Assembly (NCBI GenBank): GCA_002633005.1
Contig: NMRA01000063.1
Span: 887,890-944,503, forward strand
Direction: 5' to 3'
Source: Phoronis australis
Taxonomy: Eukaryota; Animalia; Phoronida
Length of the DNA: 56,614 nt
The translations under genes were made by a program, and so were the position numbers. Position 1 is the stretch's first letter, and each line of letters opens with the position of its first letter. Of this stretch, positions 45,077 through 56,614 are shown piece by piece. Below the pieces are notes generated by a model. That model was not told the DNA's origin and did not search any database. It saw nothing but the letters and a program-made list of their open reading frames with translations.

Positions 45077-47929
45077 GTTGACTGACTAGTAAATGAAAGC
45101 AAACGACGACGGAACTTAACACAACCGAGGTAGAACAATGACTGACTCGGCAGCTCTCACTGTCAGACTATATGAAAAGAAATTGGCGCGAAATGCTTGC
45201 CTCCTAAAACGTCACTTCCGGAGTAGCGGACGAGTAATTAATAAAATTACGAAAAGCTGTAATTAAGTGGAAAATATGTCTAGGATAACCAACCAACCTT
45301 ATTTTAGCTCAAAATGACATGGAAAAAGGTTGCCTTCGCCTTTAAGAGAACGCAGAATAACGACAGAACGACAATTTTTCTCGAGCGCCGATGAAATAAT
45401 TTAGTTTACTCAAGGAAGAGTGTCGTTAATAACACAAATTTGGCGTGTGAATATTTTACATGTTCAGTTTTTTAACCACATCGGCGCAAAGCTGTATATT
45501 TAGTATACAGCTTTGCCGCACAAAGGCAGCTAGTATGATGATGCTTCAACCGAGAACCAGAACACCCGTTTTTTTACTTGACTAACTTTAAGCGTCAAAT
45601 TGGAGAAAATGATTTTCATTTTGTTCTAAAACTTACTTATTTATAATTATTTAGCTCAAAAGCGTACAACGTGGTTGTTTTGAGTTAGATTTATTAAATG
45701 TTAACCTTTCAACTGTTTATAAGTCACATACCGCAGCCGGGTGCCTGGTGATGAGTAAAACTCAAAAGCGCCGCGTATTACAAAGCGAAATGTCTTCTGT
45801 TGCGCACAAAAGATTTCGGTGGATTAAGACGCAAATCATGCATGCTAGAACTATTGATCACTCAATTACTAAAATGCAATTGTGGAAATAAATAAAAGTA
45901 ATCAAAAACGGTATGTTAACTGAATTTTTAAAGTTTCATTGCTAATAATATGTTAAACAAACGTACGTTGATCTTTATTGTGAATGTTACGTGATAATTT
46001 GGGTGATACTTGAAAGCGAATCATATTTTGGCGAAAGAATCCCAAAATGGCAGTGTTACGGATGATTTGCCAGGTTATTTTGTTCATTGTGTATTTTGTA
46101 TGTGATGTTCTTTTGTTTTACTTAGTGTTAGTTTTCTGTCTCGCCGCTAGGCCCTTTTTAGTCTATTGTTTCGTTGGTTGCTATTGCACTCTGCCCGCAT
46201 CATTTGAAGCGCCAAGTGGCTTACTGTTGTCATGTGTATAGTGAGTATTTTCTTTCTTTATCTGTATCGCTTTGGACGCAGTTTGTACATTTTATTTTTC
46301 TTAGTTTGTATATTTGTGTAGATATTATTGTATTTAATTTACTGTATTTGTTATGTATAATTTGTTCCCGTGGTCTGTTTTTTCTTTGTATCTTGTGTTG
46401 GCCACGCCGCGGGTCAGCCATTTTGGTAATTTTGTGTTTTCTTGTTTTTGCAGACAAGATGTATGGTGTTCGGACTTCATTTTCACTATGTGTTCATGGG
46501 GAACATTTGCCCCACGGAGCAAAAATAAAAGACTACACTATCATTGCTTCCTTTTCGTATATTCCCACGGTAACAGGCAGTACTTTCATTGCTATGGTAT
46601 CAATCTTCTACTTAACTTTTTATTTTTATCTGTTTCATCTGAAGTATAAAATATATCACAGTAAAATTTTCGACTGACATTTATAGTACATTAAATTATG
46701 AGCAGGCACAGTTTCAGTGACCAACATAAAATTTGGAGAGAAAACTCTTCAAAGTTCAGAACGCTGTTTGGAAAAAACTGATAAATATCAGTTTGTAAAA
46801 AATGTCCCCAACTTTAAAAACGCCGTTAACGTATGTACTCTCAGATAATCATTATAGTCAATTGGGAAAGCAGGCCATTCATTATTATCCTAGTGGACAA
46901 TATCGGGAAAATCTGTCGCTGTCTGCCAATGATATCACGAAACCTGTCGTCGTCCGCCAATGATATCACGAAACTGAAATGATCTAAGCTCCGTTGTTGC
47001 ACAGGGCAATTACCTCATTCACCGCAATGAAATACTGGTTGAAATATATTGAAATGTCAAGGACAGAAATTGGTAATATTTCAACATGCTTCTCTTTTGA
47101 AGAAATACGATAAATATTGACCAAAACACTGAGATTGATTTTTATTTCAATGTGGTATATGATTGACGTTTGCGTCTTGACATCGGACAAGATTGATATC
47201 AGACCTCAGAAAGCTGGTATCGTCTGGATACGGATTAAACGGGAGTTCGCACGGAAAATGCTAATGACACTTGTGGTAAAGACGGCAGAAACACACTGAT
47301 TGTCCGACTCCTCCCCAGATTCCCTTTAAGGTTTTGCACCGGAAAGTATTGTATAAAATACCAAGAAAAGAAAAATGCCTCTCCAACATCACAACGAAAG
47401 TACTCGGTGCCAAAAATGGATACTTTGGAAAGTAAAGGTGTGAATTTATATTTTTCGCTTTATTTCATATTCAGTTAACAACGATGTGAAACAAACCCAG
47501 TGGCAAGTTAAGCCCAAGGTCACAAATCAACTCTAAAAGGAAGGGTACTATTCTAATTTCCCAGCCTCGCAAGCCTTATCAACATGTAAGTGTGTATTGA
47601 TAATTTCCCAGTCCGGCAAAATGTGTGTATTGGTAATGTCCAATCGTGAATTAATAACATCGTTATTTTTGTGTTATTCTTATATGAAGCTTATTTTATT
47701 ACACATTGGGAAATATAAACAGGCAAAACAATATATAGGAGTCATAGCAGTATCCAAACATGTTGAAAGAATGGAGTCGTGGTTCGTGACACTTAAATTT
47801 TTGAGAGTTCGGTGACGTGCTGGTGGTGCCATGGCAAAGTAGGGTCTTGCGAACAGGTGGTTCACGGGATTGAATCACTATATTATCTTCATGTCTTCAA
47901 AGTAAAGTATCTAACAGGCATCAAAACAG

Positions 47930-48022
47930 CAATACCGTAACAGCATTACCGTAAAAGCATTACGTAACAGCATTACCGTAACTGCATTACCGTAACAGCA
48001 TTACCATAACATCATTACCGTA
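47930..48022. repeat. 14-bp minisatellite (cagcattaccgtaa)
   Basis: ~6 imperfect units. Confidence 0.88.
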
Positions 48023-48877
48023 AGAGTGGTCAATGTGAAAGTATGAGCAGCCAATATAGCGAATAATTGAACCTAAATACTCGACGCTGGTGAGCTTATA
48101 ACCACATAATTTATCCAAATCGTACAATAATGAATGATAATGATGACTGTAAGCTAACATAGGATGCTTTCCAGCTTGAATAACCAGCAATATCACTGGG
48201 TAAGGCCAGGATCATTCAAGATTTACGAATTTAGTGTCGTATACGTTATGTATTTCAGTGACGGGATTCCATGGTGGTTTCATATCTGTCACTTGGTACG
48301 ACCTTGTAGTGATCTCGTAAACGAGTCTTCTCGTCCGCGGTCTCGCTTGACAGTTCTTCGTATGGCAGTTTCGAGCCTCGCTTGAGGGTCGCTTGCGTGA
48401 ACCATCTCGGTTTGCATATGACTATAGCAACGTTTATTAAAATCATAGCTGACATCACACCAAACCACTGAAAACAAGATTCAAAATGCAATATTTGTAC
48501 TTTAAAACTTTAATGACACGCCAGACCCAGGCGGCTGTGTTCCGTGAACGCAAGAATCTCTGAAATGTAAGATCACGCCTGTCTTCGCGAGACACCTAAA
48601 AGGAAGCTGCTCCCGTCACTGCAATGCCTAAATTATCTATCTTTGGAACACTTTCCGTTACATTCTTGTTCAAAATCTCCCAAATTAGAGGAATCTTTGT
48701 AAAATAACGTTCTTCTCACGTGATTTGGTATTTCCAAAGAACTCAATGGCTAAATTTGTTATCACAATTTTCTTGTGGCTACAAAAGTTCACAAGCAAAC
48801 CCAAGAAAATGCGCAGTCAAAGCTTTGAAAATCCGAAACATCAAAATTACACGAATGAAATTTGAACAACGACTTTT

Positions 48878-51496
48878 TAGTCCAGTCATTCTACGGATAA
48901 CCCGGAAAAAATTGCAACAGAAGGTTTTATTGCATAAATCGTATCCTTTCACACCCCTTATTGGGAAAAAAAGTCTACCGGATTCGGAGTGGCGGAAGTT
49001 GGTTTTTCAAGATGGCGGACAAAATAGCCGCCAGATTTTCTGATACGCACTATAACTCAAGAGTGGAATGTGATAGAGTAAAAATGCAAAAAGGTTTACC
49101 CATGTTTTACGGGTCAAAAAATCCATTGGAAATGGTTTTACATGGCTGTGGTAACACCGACCGCCATTTTCCAAGATGGCCGCCAAATCTACTTGAGTCG
49201 CACAACTTCACACGAACAGATTAGTGTGTCGTCTTGCTTCAAACATCGCATCATAGGTTTTCTGGGTCGACTAATCCATTAAGACTCATTGCATTTGGCA
49301 CTAATGATTACTTCCACCATTTCCAAGATGGCGGACAAAATGGCCGCCAGATTTGCAGATGATCATTATAACTCGAGAGTGGAATGTGATAGAGTAAAAA
49401 TTCAAAAATGTTTATCTATCTTTTTTGGGTCATTGGAAAAGTTTTGCATGGCCGTGGTGACACCATCAGCCACTTTCCAAGATGGCCTTTAAAACTATTT
49501 CGAATCGCACAACTTCGCACAAACAGATTAGTGTATCGTCTTGCTTCAAGTACCATATGTTTTCTGGGTCGACTAATCCATTTAGACTCATTGCGCTTGG
49601 CTCTAATGATTACTTCCACCACTTTCTAAGATGGCCACCAAATAGTTGCTTCGTGTGAGAACTTCCGACTCCAGAGACACGCCATATCTTGAGTTTTTTA
49701 AGTCAGCACATCCATTACAATATTTTTTGTCTGGCTCTTGATGATTACGACTACCATTTTCAAAATGGTTTAACGAATAACTTATTTGGGTCAAAAACAT
49801 CAGGTTTCCCTGAACTTAATGATCATTCTCCTCCTGAAAAAATGTGCTGTATTGAAAATAACTCTCTGCAATTAATTCAGTGATCTACTATCCACACTGT
49901 CTGTGTCACTTCCAGTTAGTTGTAAATGCTAGTGAATCTATACACAATCGACCAGTATTTACACAACTAATCTCTGTCAACTCAGAATGAATTGCTGCAG
50001 CTAAAACCACGGCATTCTCCACATGCAACCGAGTACACCTATCCTAACTTCTTGCAAGTACATCTCTTGGAACTGCAGTTGGTCTTACGCGAGCATTTCA
50101 CTACTTTCAGCAGGTTCTCTGGTGCTGCTGAATGGTCCGTCGTCGTGGGAATGAATTTTCCAGCTGCCAGCATCCATCCCCAATACAGCGAATCTAGGCC
50201 ACTGCCACGGAAACTTGACCGCTCTTGCTCTTGATAATATGCCCCGGCAGCATGGAATTTANACTCCTTGAAGCCCTGTGCTTGACATTACGTATCCAAT
50301 ACATTCCAGAAAGCTCATCTCAGTATGAAATCTTCCAAGCCTGGCTAAGAACAAGTGACTGCAGATCACTATCGTTTTGTTTGCAGGCACTAATTTCCTC
50401 TAAAATCAGTTGCCTATGTTCATAAAAAGCATGCATATTAACCAAATTGTGGGTCCTAACTATTAAAATTTACTTAATAATTTTTTGTTACACAATCCTA
50501 TTTGCTTTTCATCAAATTCAGGTGAAATCAGCAGCCAATTCTCAATACATGCCAGCAGCAGACGAAATCGATGCTTGGGAACAACTAATAATATCTCCAA
50601 TAGCAGAGAAAAAAGCCACTTCCTGCCCAATTTTATTAAGGGTTTGTATAATGAATAAGCCAATAACTCCACCAGAATAACATATTTTTCTAACAAATAC
50701 TATTTTTGATACCTCAAATGAATATATTTTACAGAAAAATAATTGAGTTTGTGAAATTTATAAGGAAAATTTACCTAAAGCCTTTTCTGAAAAACACACC
50801 AACTTTTATGTTATATAATCTAAAATGTGATTAAAATTCCACATTTAGTATATAAACCTTAAAAACAAATTATAGAAACAATCAACTCATTAACCCCGAG
50901 TGTAGATTGTAAGATGTTTTTGTGTAAATGCGTATCAGGTTACAAACAAGGTTTGCAGAACGTAAATGCGGTAAATTGGGGTTTGTGAATTGGCAGCCAT
51001 TTTGGCGGCCATTTTGTCAACCATCTTGATTTTTTTCTCGCAAACCAGTGACCAATTGTAAGGTCCAGATATTTTAAATTGTCTAACTTACAAAAGAATA
51101 AAACTTTTACCATTTTCAGGGCAAAATATAAAAAGAAATCTTGCAACACGTACCAAATTGCCCTTTCGGCCGCCTTTTGTCGGCCATATTGGTTTTATTT
51201 TACGGAAAATTGGCATCTTTTGATTGGTATGCCTGTTATGAAAAGTATATAATCAATGACAAACTTTATTGTTTTATTTTTAGCTGTTTCATGAGAGTAA
51301 TATGCCAGAAAACAGTAATCACCGGTTTTGTCGGCCATTTTTTCCGCCATCATGAAAAACCGACTTCCGCCACTCCGATTTCGGTAGATTTTTTTTCTGA
51401 CACGAAGGGATGTTTGAAGATGCCATTTATGCAAAAAACCTTCTGTTGCAATTTTTTCTAGGTTGGGCCCTCTGGAGCCCTAGAATGACTGGACTA
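48878..51496 (-). mobile_element. Academ DNA transposon, deleted or collapsed
   Basis: TTT|TAGTCCAGTCATTCTA...TAGAATGACTGGACTA|TTT (3-bp TSD, TAG termini); imperfect TIR over ~150 bp; ~310-bp subterminal tandem duplication; transposase remnant inside. Confidence 0.82.
49983..50350 (-). pseudogene. Academ transposase remnant (RLGxFH motif + C-terminal Cys-rich finger)
   Basis: LARLGRFHTEMSFLECIGYVMSSTGL, then after the N, KFH...AYYQ...YWGW...PTTTDHSAAPENLLKVVKCSRKTNCSSKRCTCKKLG*VYSVACGECRGFSCSN. Confidence 0.78.
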
Positions 51497-52049
51497 TTTA
51501 GGATGAGGAAACTCATCAAACGTTCTAAAAAAGAAATAAAAAAATATTTTACAAAGAAATTGACTGCATTCTCATTCTTGAATTTCTCGTTCACAATTGC
51601 ATATACACATTCTCTATTGCAAGTTTACAAGCATTTCTTCTTTATCATTTATATCTCAGTAAATAACGGAGAACTACCCATTAGCTGATGTCGTCAAAGT
51701 TGTAAGTTTGAAATCTGCAGTCAACATTTTGACTGTACAGCGCCTCGAAGTAGAAGCTTAAGACAATGTTGTCACCCCTTCCTCCGGTAGCTAGCTACCA
51801 ATTTCGCTCCACGTTTGTGCCGCCGCCACGGGTGCATAGTCGCTAATTTTATGGACACTGACTGCCGGTGCCACCCCCTGTTGGATGTTGCAGCAAATAG
51901 CGTTTTCGCTAAAGGATCTCTTTTACCTGAACGAGAGTTGTGAAGAGAGACTCAGCGTTGAAGTCATACCAATGCTGTCCGATGACATATTTCTTTGTTA
52001 CCATGCTTACGATCCACCATACTAAAATCACAACAGCTTCAAGCGGTGC

Positions 52050-52853
52050 TATAAACCTAAAAATAGAGAAACGCGAAGAAATTGGAACCTACGCAGACGA
52101 TTGGTTTCATAACCAATTTCACAAAAAACTCTTTCAGGCTGAACTTTATATTTTGTGTCGACAAGATTAGAATTGAAATATTGAGCCTCACCTCGCGCTG
52201 ACGACGGTATTACTGTGTTTCTGGCTATCCAAAAAATGAATATAAAATTTTCAGGTGTAGAAACGATTTTTGTAACAAACATGAGGGTGCCAAGACCATG
52301 AAAAGCGGAACAGGTAGATTTTACCAGGAAGGCATCAATGTCTGGTTTTACTAGTAAAATATTTTGCTTCCGACGTACGTGGAGTTATGTATGATGAGAG
52401 TGAAGAATCTTTTTTGAAATCAACGAAATTATCTTGATTACTACATGGTTATGATGAATTTTGGAAACATCTGTCGTTGCAGCATGGTCAGTTGAGAACG
52501 TATAACTATTTACTTTTTGGAGATGTGTTTTATAGCGGTGCAGAAAACGTGAAGAATGTATTTTGGTATAAGGTCTTTACATATTTTGCACAAATTATGC
52601 GTTTGTATTCTGATGACTTATATTACATTCCAATCTGGTATAACAGTAACATATTAATAGATAGCAACGTAAGATTTTATAGCCAGTGTTTATAAAAGGT
52701 ATTACTGATGTTTGAACTTTGTTAGATATTGATGGAACATTTACGAGTTATCAATCCTTTTGTATTAGTTATGTTTTTTTTCCACATTTCATTATGTTTT
52801 ATGGTCTCACGAGGGCAATTTCTACTTTGAAAAAGGGTCACAGACAGCGTCTT
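52050..52853 (+). mobile_element. Decayed L1/Tx1-clade LINE ORF2 fragment, interrupted by the Kolobok derivative and resuming at ~54170-54250
   Basis: NVFWYKV...IPIWYNSNILID...FY...LLDIDGTF...FIMFYGLTRAI matches the post-RT region of L1/Tx1; possible YADD at 52090-52101; in-frame stops. Confidence 0.68.
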
Positions 52854-52857
52854 TTAA

Positions 52858-54165
52858 AGGCGAAGGCAACATTTTTAATGTCACTTTTAGCAAAAATAAG
52901 GTCTGTTGATTATCCCAGACATATTTTTCACTTAAGTACAGCTTTTCGTAATTTAACTGATTTCTCGTCCTCTACTCCGGAAGTGACGTTTTGGGAGGCA
53001 AGAATTTCACGCCAATTTCTTTTCATACAGTTAGACTGTGAGAGCTGTCAAGTCAGTCATTGTTCTACCTCGGATGTGATAAGTTCGGTCGTCGTTTGCT
53101 TTTGTTTACGAGTCAGTCAACATGCCACGCTGTTGCTGCGTACCAGGATGTACTCATTATCGTCTCACACGCGCTTTGGGTACCGCTTTCCAAAGGATGA
53201 CACACTTCGCCGTACTTGCTAGCTCGTTCGTGTGAAGAACGCAGCGCTACCCGCTCACGCAACGTACAAAGCAGTGGCAAGCATTTTCAGCCGACAGATT
53301 GCGACAGAGATATGTACGCTGAATTGATGAAGGTCCCTACGAAACAACGCCTGAAGAAGGGTTCCACACCGTCGCTGCTGATTCCCGGCAGTACCCCGTC
53401 GCCACCCCCGAGAAGTGCGTTTTTGAAGCGAGAAGCCAAGCGAGCTGGGCCACTATAAACAGTGACTGGAGGCACTTCATCTACTGTCACCCATGCCTCC
53501 GAACGTACCCCATAGCGTGCAATTCCAGGATGTAGCAGTGATTCCCCGTGTGCTGTTATCTCTAGCCCAGAGCCTGTAAGCAGCCCTGCAGCGGTGTTGA
53601 GTAGTGGGAGTGAATACAGGCCCTGTTTGACACCCAGTGAACAGTACAGTTCGTCATCCAATGAACAGATCGCTCAGCCTAAGTTTGATAAGTTTATTGT
53701 GGACTTGTATTGGAGCTATTTAGAAGGTGCCACGTGTGTGTCGAGGGAGTCGCACGGCGGGACTTTGTAAGCAGTTTGGGTGCTCAAGTCACCATCCACT
53801 GGGAGTGTGTCGCGGTACACTCGGGCAAGTGGCCCACAGTTCTTCCTCTGTGCGTGAGATGATAATGAGTACATCTCGGTAGGCAGCAACAGTGTGGCAT
53901 GTTGACTGACTCGTAAACAAAAGCAAACGATGACCGAACTTATCACCACCGAGGTAGAACAATGACTGACTCGACTGCTCTCACAGTCAGATTTTTTGAA
54001 AAGAAATTGGCGCGAAACTCTTGCCTCCCAAAACGTCACTTCCGGAGTAGACGACGAGGAATTAATTAAATTACGAAAAGCTGTAAATAAGTGAAAAATA
54101 TGTCTGGGATAATCAACGAACCCTATTTTTGCTAAAAATGACATGAAAAAAGGTTGCCTTTGCAT
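52858..54165 (+). mobile_element. Kolobok fold-back derivative, copy 2
   Basis: TTAA|AGGCGAAGG...CCTTTGCAT|TTAA; ~310-bp inverted arms; same internal junction as copy 1. Confidence 0.9.
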
Positions 54166-56252
54166 TTAATGTTAGTCTCCCAAATATGCCAGTTTTACTT
54201 CAAATTTTAGCGAAAAAAACAAGCATGTTCTCATTTAATTAAAGGAAAATAGAAATAAACACTTTGGTGAGCACAAGCCGCCATTGAACTGGATACAGAA
54301 ATAACAGTGCAACCCGTTCAAGTGTTAAATCATGGAATTCTGTTTGTGGAAGTTGTAAATAGTTGGATTGAGTTGTTCATGTCACTTGTTCATTTGTGAA
54401 CTAGCACGTTTTAGTTTTCAATTAAGTATTTTTTCCTGGCCCCAATATTTTCTCATCGATTTTCCATTGCCAATAAACCTGCATCGGTGCTTTTGGTTGG
54501 TGGCATCCGGTGTAAAACTCGTGGACATATTCCAAGGTATTTGCTGAGTTGGCTGACGCTGGTCGTCTGTGTCAGTGTTAATCAGGCCCGCTACAGTCAC
54601 ACCTGTGCCAATTATCCTCGATATTTAAAAACAATTTTCGCTTTTCAAACGCTAAGTCGTGGGGTTTGAATTGGTGGGTAGGAAGGTTCACACATTGGTT
54701 CAAAGAAGTACTTTGGTAAAAGCGATCGAAGTGATTGTTTGCTTCTCGTTAATTGGTGCTTGCACGGCTCCTGTAGAGTTACAGATGTTAAAATCCATCT
54801 GAGTACGAATATGCACGCGTGGTGTGCTCGAGTGCTGCAATAAAAATCTGAGAATTCTACGCGGTGTGCGCTCGCGTTCGCTTATCACGTCACGTGAATC
54901 ACGTCTGGCGGAAGAGTGGTCTGTAATTAGCACGGAATGTAAAAACGGCATTTGCAGTTCGAGAAGCGCGTTGCACATTTTATTACAAAACTTGATCTTT
55001 GAAAGTCATTGTTTCTTTCTTAGACAGTTGTCTCAACAGATTATCGCATTATATTTCTTTGTTGATTTATTTGTGAGCTTAGGTGCATTTTGTGTTTCAC
55101 ACATAATATCGTTCTCTTGATATGCTTTACCGTGATAGGGTTCTATTTCCGTCACCAGCAAGAACATAGAGACCATCAGCGACTCATGAAAACCATTCAG
55201 AGTTCATTAGAACCGTGATTTGCAAGGTCTTTTTGGATTCCAGTTCATGATTCGATCATAAACAAAACCGAAAGCTCGTTAGAGGGTAGAAATTTAGAGG
55301 CGTCCCTATGGTAGTTTTATTTTGAAGCAGTTTTTTTATTAAGTTGTAAATGATCCCCACCACAAGTGTTCACGTGCGTATGTGTGTAGGTATGAATGTT
55401 TTTTCTTCATTTTCGCATGTTTGTAAAAAGTATTATGTTTACTAAAATAGAAAAAAACTATGTTCAAAAGCAATTTAAGAAGAAACCGTCTCTTTAAAGG
55501 AGTCACACGTTTGCCAAAGGTATATTTTGAGATCTTGTTAACAAAGCAAGTACATTTAATTCTTTTTACCAGCAAGCTTATTTTGGTAGCACGTCTCTTC
55601 ACTACCATACGAGACATGCCTCCCATGCTTGCTACATTTGGTACCACGCCCCTTCACCTCCCAGATTTACTTCCACAGAACGACCATACGGGACATGCTT
55701 CTCATACTTGATACATTTGTGACAATTTCTTTATTCTACTCAAACTCACTTAACAATCCATTGCCATAAAACAGGTAGATGCCAGTCATCCAAGCTGAAG
55801 TCGTTCACTAACAGCTTGCGCCACTTTTCTGCACCAAATTTAACCACCATGAATTGTAACATAAGACCGTTTACGAGAAGTGCGAAGCCTCATGCAAAAT
55901 CCTGAAAAAGTGAGTGACTTCTAAAATAACTCATACATGTACCTGTTCGTTTTGTGTCAAATTCCTCGCCAGACAAGCATTTTGTGAAGGTCAAAATCTT
56001 CGCTGCGTTGCTGAGGCAAAATGACACTAAACCGATGGATAAAGTAACCATTCGAAAATAAAACTGAAACAATGTGGGTTTCGTTGTTGGTTAAACATGT
56101 ACATGATATAGACAATTAACAATAGACTATTATGTTTGTTCTTACTAATCAAACGTTTTCACCCCAAATTTTCTACTCAAATTTTGATACGACGACCATT
56201 CACTACTGAACCTCTCATTTCCACTGGAAACACTTAATCTAACAGTCATTGC

Positions 56253-56614
56253 CTGGGCCCGGTCTCTAATCTTTGTACTCGAAACAAACTCGAAACTATT
56301 TTTGGCAATTTCTCTGCTCCTTTTGTGCGAACTTAAGATAATTGGTTATCAGACTGTGCTCGAATACATTATAGTTTATGCATAGGAGTTTCTAGTTTAA
56401 GTTTGCCCTTGAAGACCCTTTTATTCGTGCTACAAACTCGAGTAAAAACTCGAAATTTCGAGTTCAAACTCGAACTTATTGCTTTAATATTGGGTTTACA
56501 AACTGTGAACTAAGGGCAATAAATTATCTATGTAAGTTATTGTGTACTCAAGCATAGAATAATAGACACTTATCTTGAGTTCGCCCAAAAGTAGAGTAGA
56601 AAGTGCCAAACCTA
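56253..56614. mobile_element. Probable left end of a TIR element (GGGCCCGG terminus, AAACTCGA subrepeats), cut by the window end
   Basis: Repeated aaactcga motif; the partner end is not in the window. Confidence 0.3.

Larger units (their letters stand above)
43643..45341. mobile_element. Internally deleted Kolobok DNA transposon
   Basis: TTAA|AGGCGAAGG...CCTTCGCCT|TTAA; near-perfect ~155-bp TIRs; convergent KolX (+) and THAP-transposase (-) 5' fragments joined at ~44275. Confidence 0.92.

Noticed and set aside
46047-46677. Hydrophobic ORFs resembling membrane proteins
   Set aside because: They reflect T-rich low-complexity composition, open in several frames, with no motifs or splice support.

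Overview
Repeat-rich animal genomic DNA, probably from a marine invertebrate (inferred from repeat content only). It contains two N-gaps and two single Ns. Two spliced genes converge. On the + strand are the last seven coding exons of HGSNAT (501-22704). On the - strand is a complete four-exon, ~480-aa TGN38/TGOLN2-KCT2-family type I membrane protein (41214-34253). A decayed, intron-retaining NOA1/YqeH-like GTPase pseudogene appears to be nested in an HGSNAT intron (~6870-11668). The rest is dominated by mobile DNA. This includes Helentron-associated (DINE-1/pearl-type) elements with arrays of CTCF-like or AGGTCA motifs, hAT-like and other MITEs, a deleted Academ element, an L1/Tx1 fragment and a Kolobok family. 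The Kolobok family is the most notable: one internally deleted copy carries convergent KolX (P2X7-ballast-like) and THAP-transposase fragments. Two further copies are fold-back derivatives in which the transposase-side end is duplicated in inverted orientation, a Mu-killer/KP-like architecture. All family assignments come from manual translation and remembered motifs; no database search was run.
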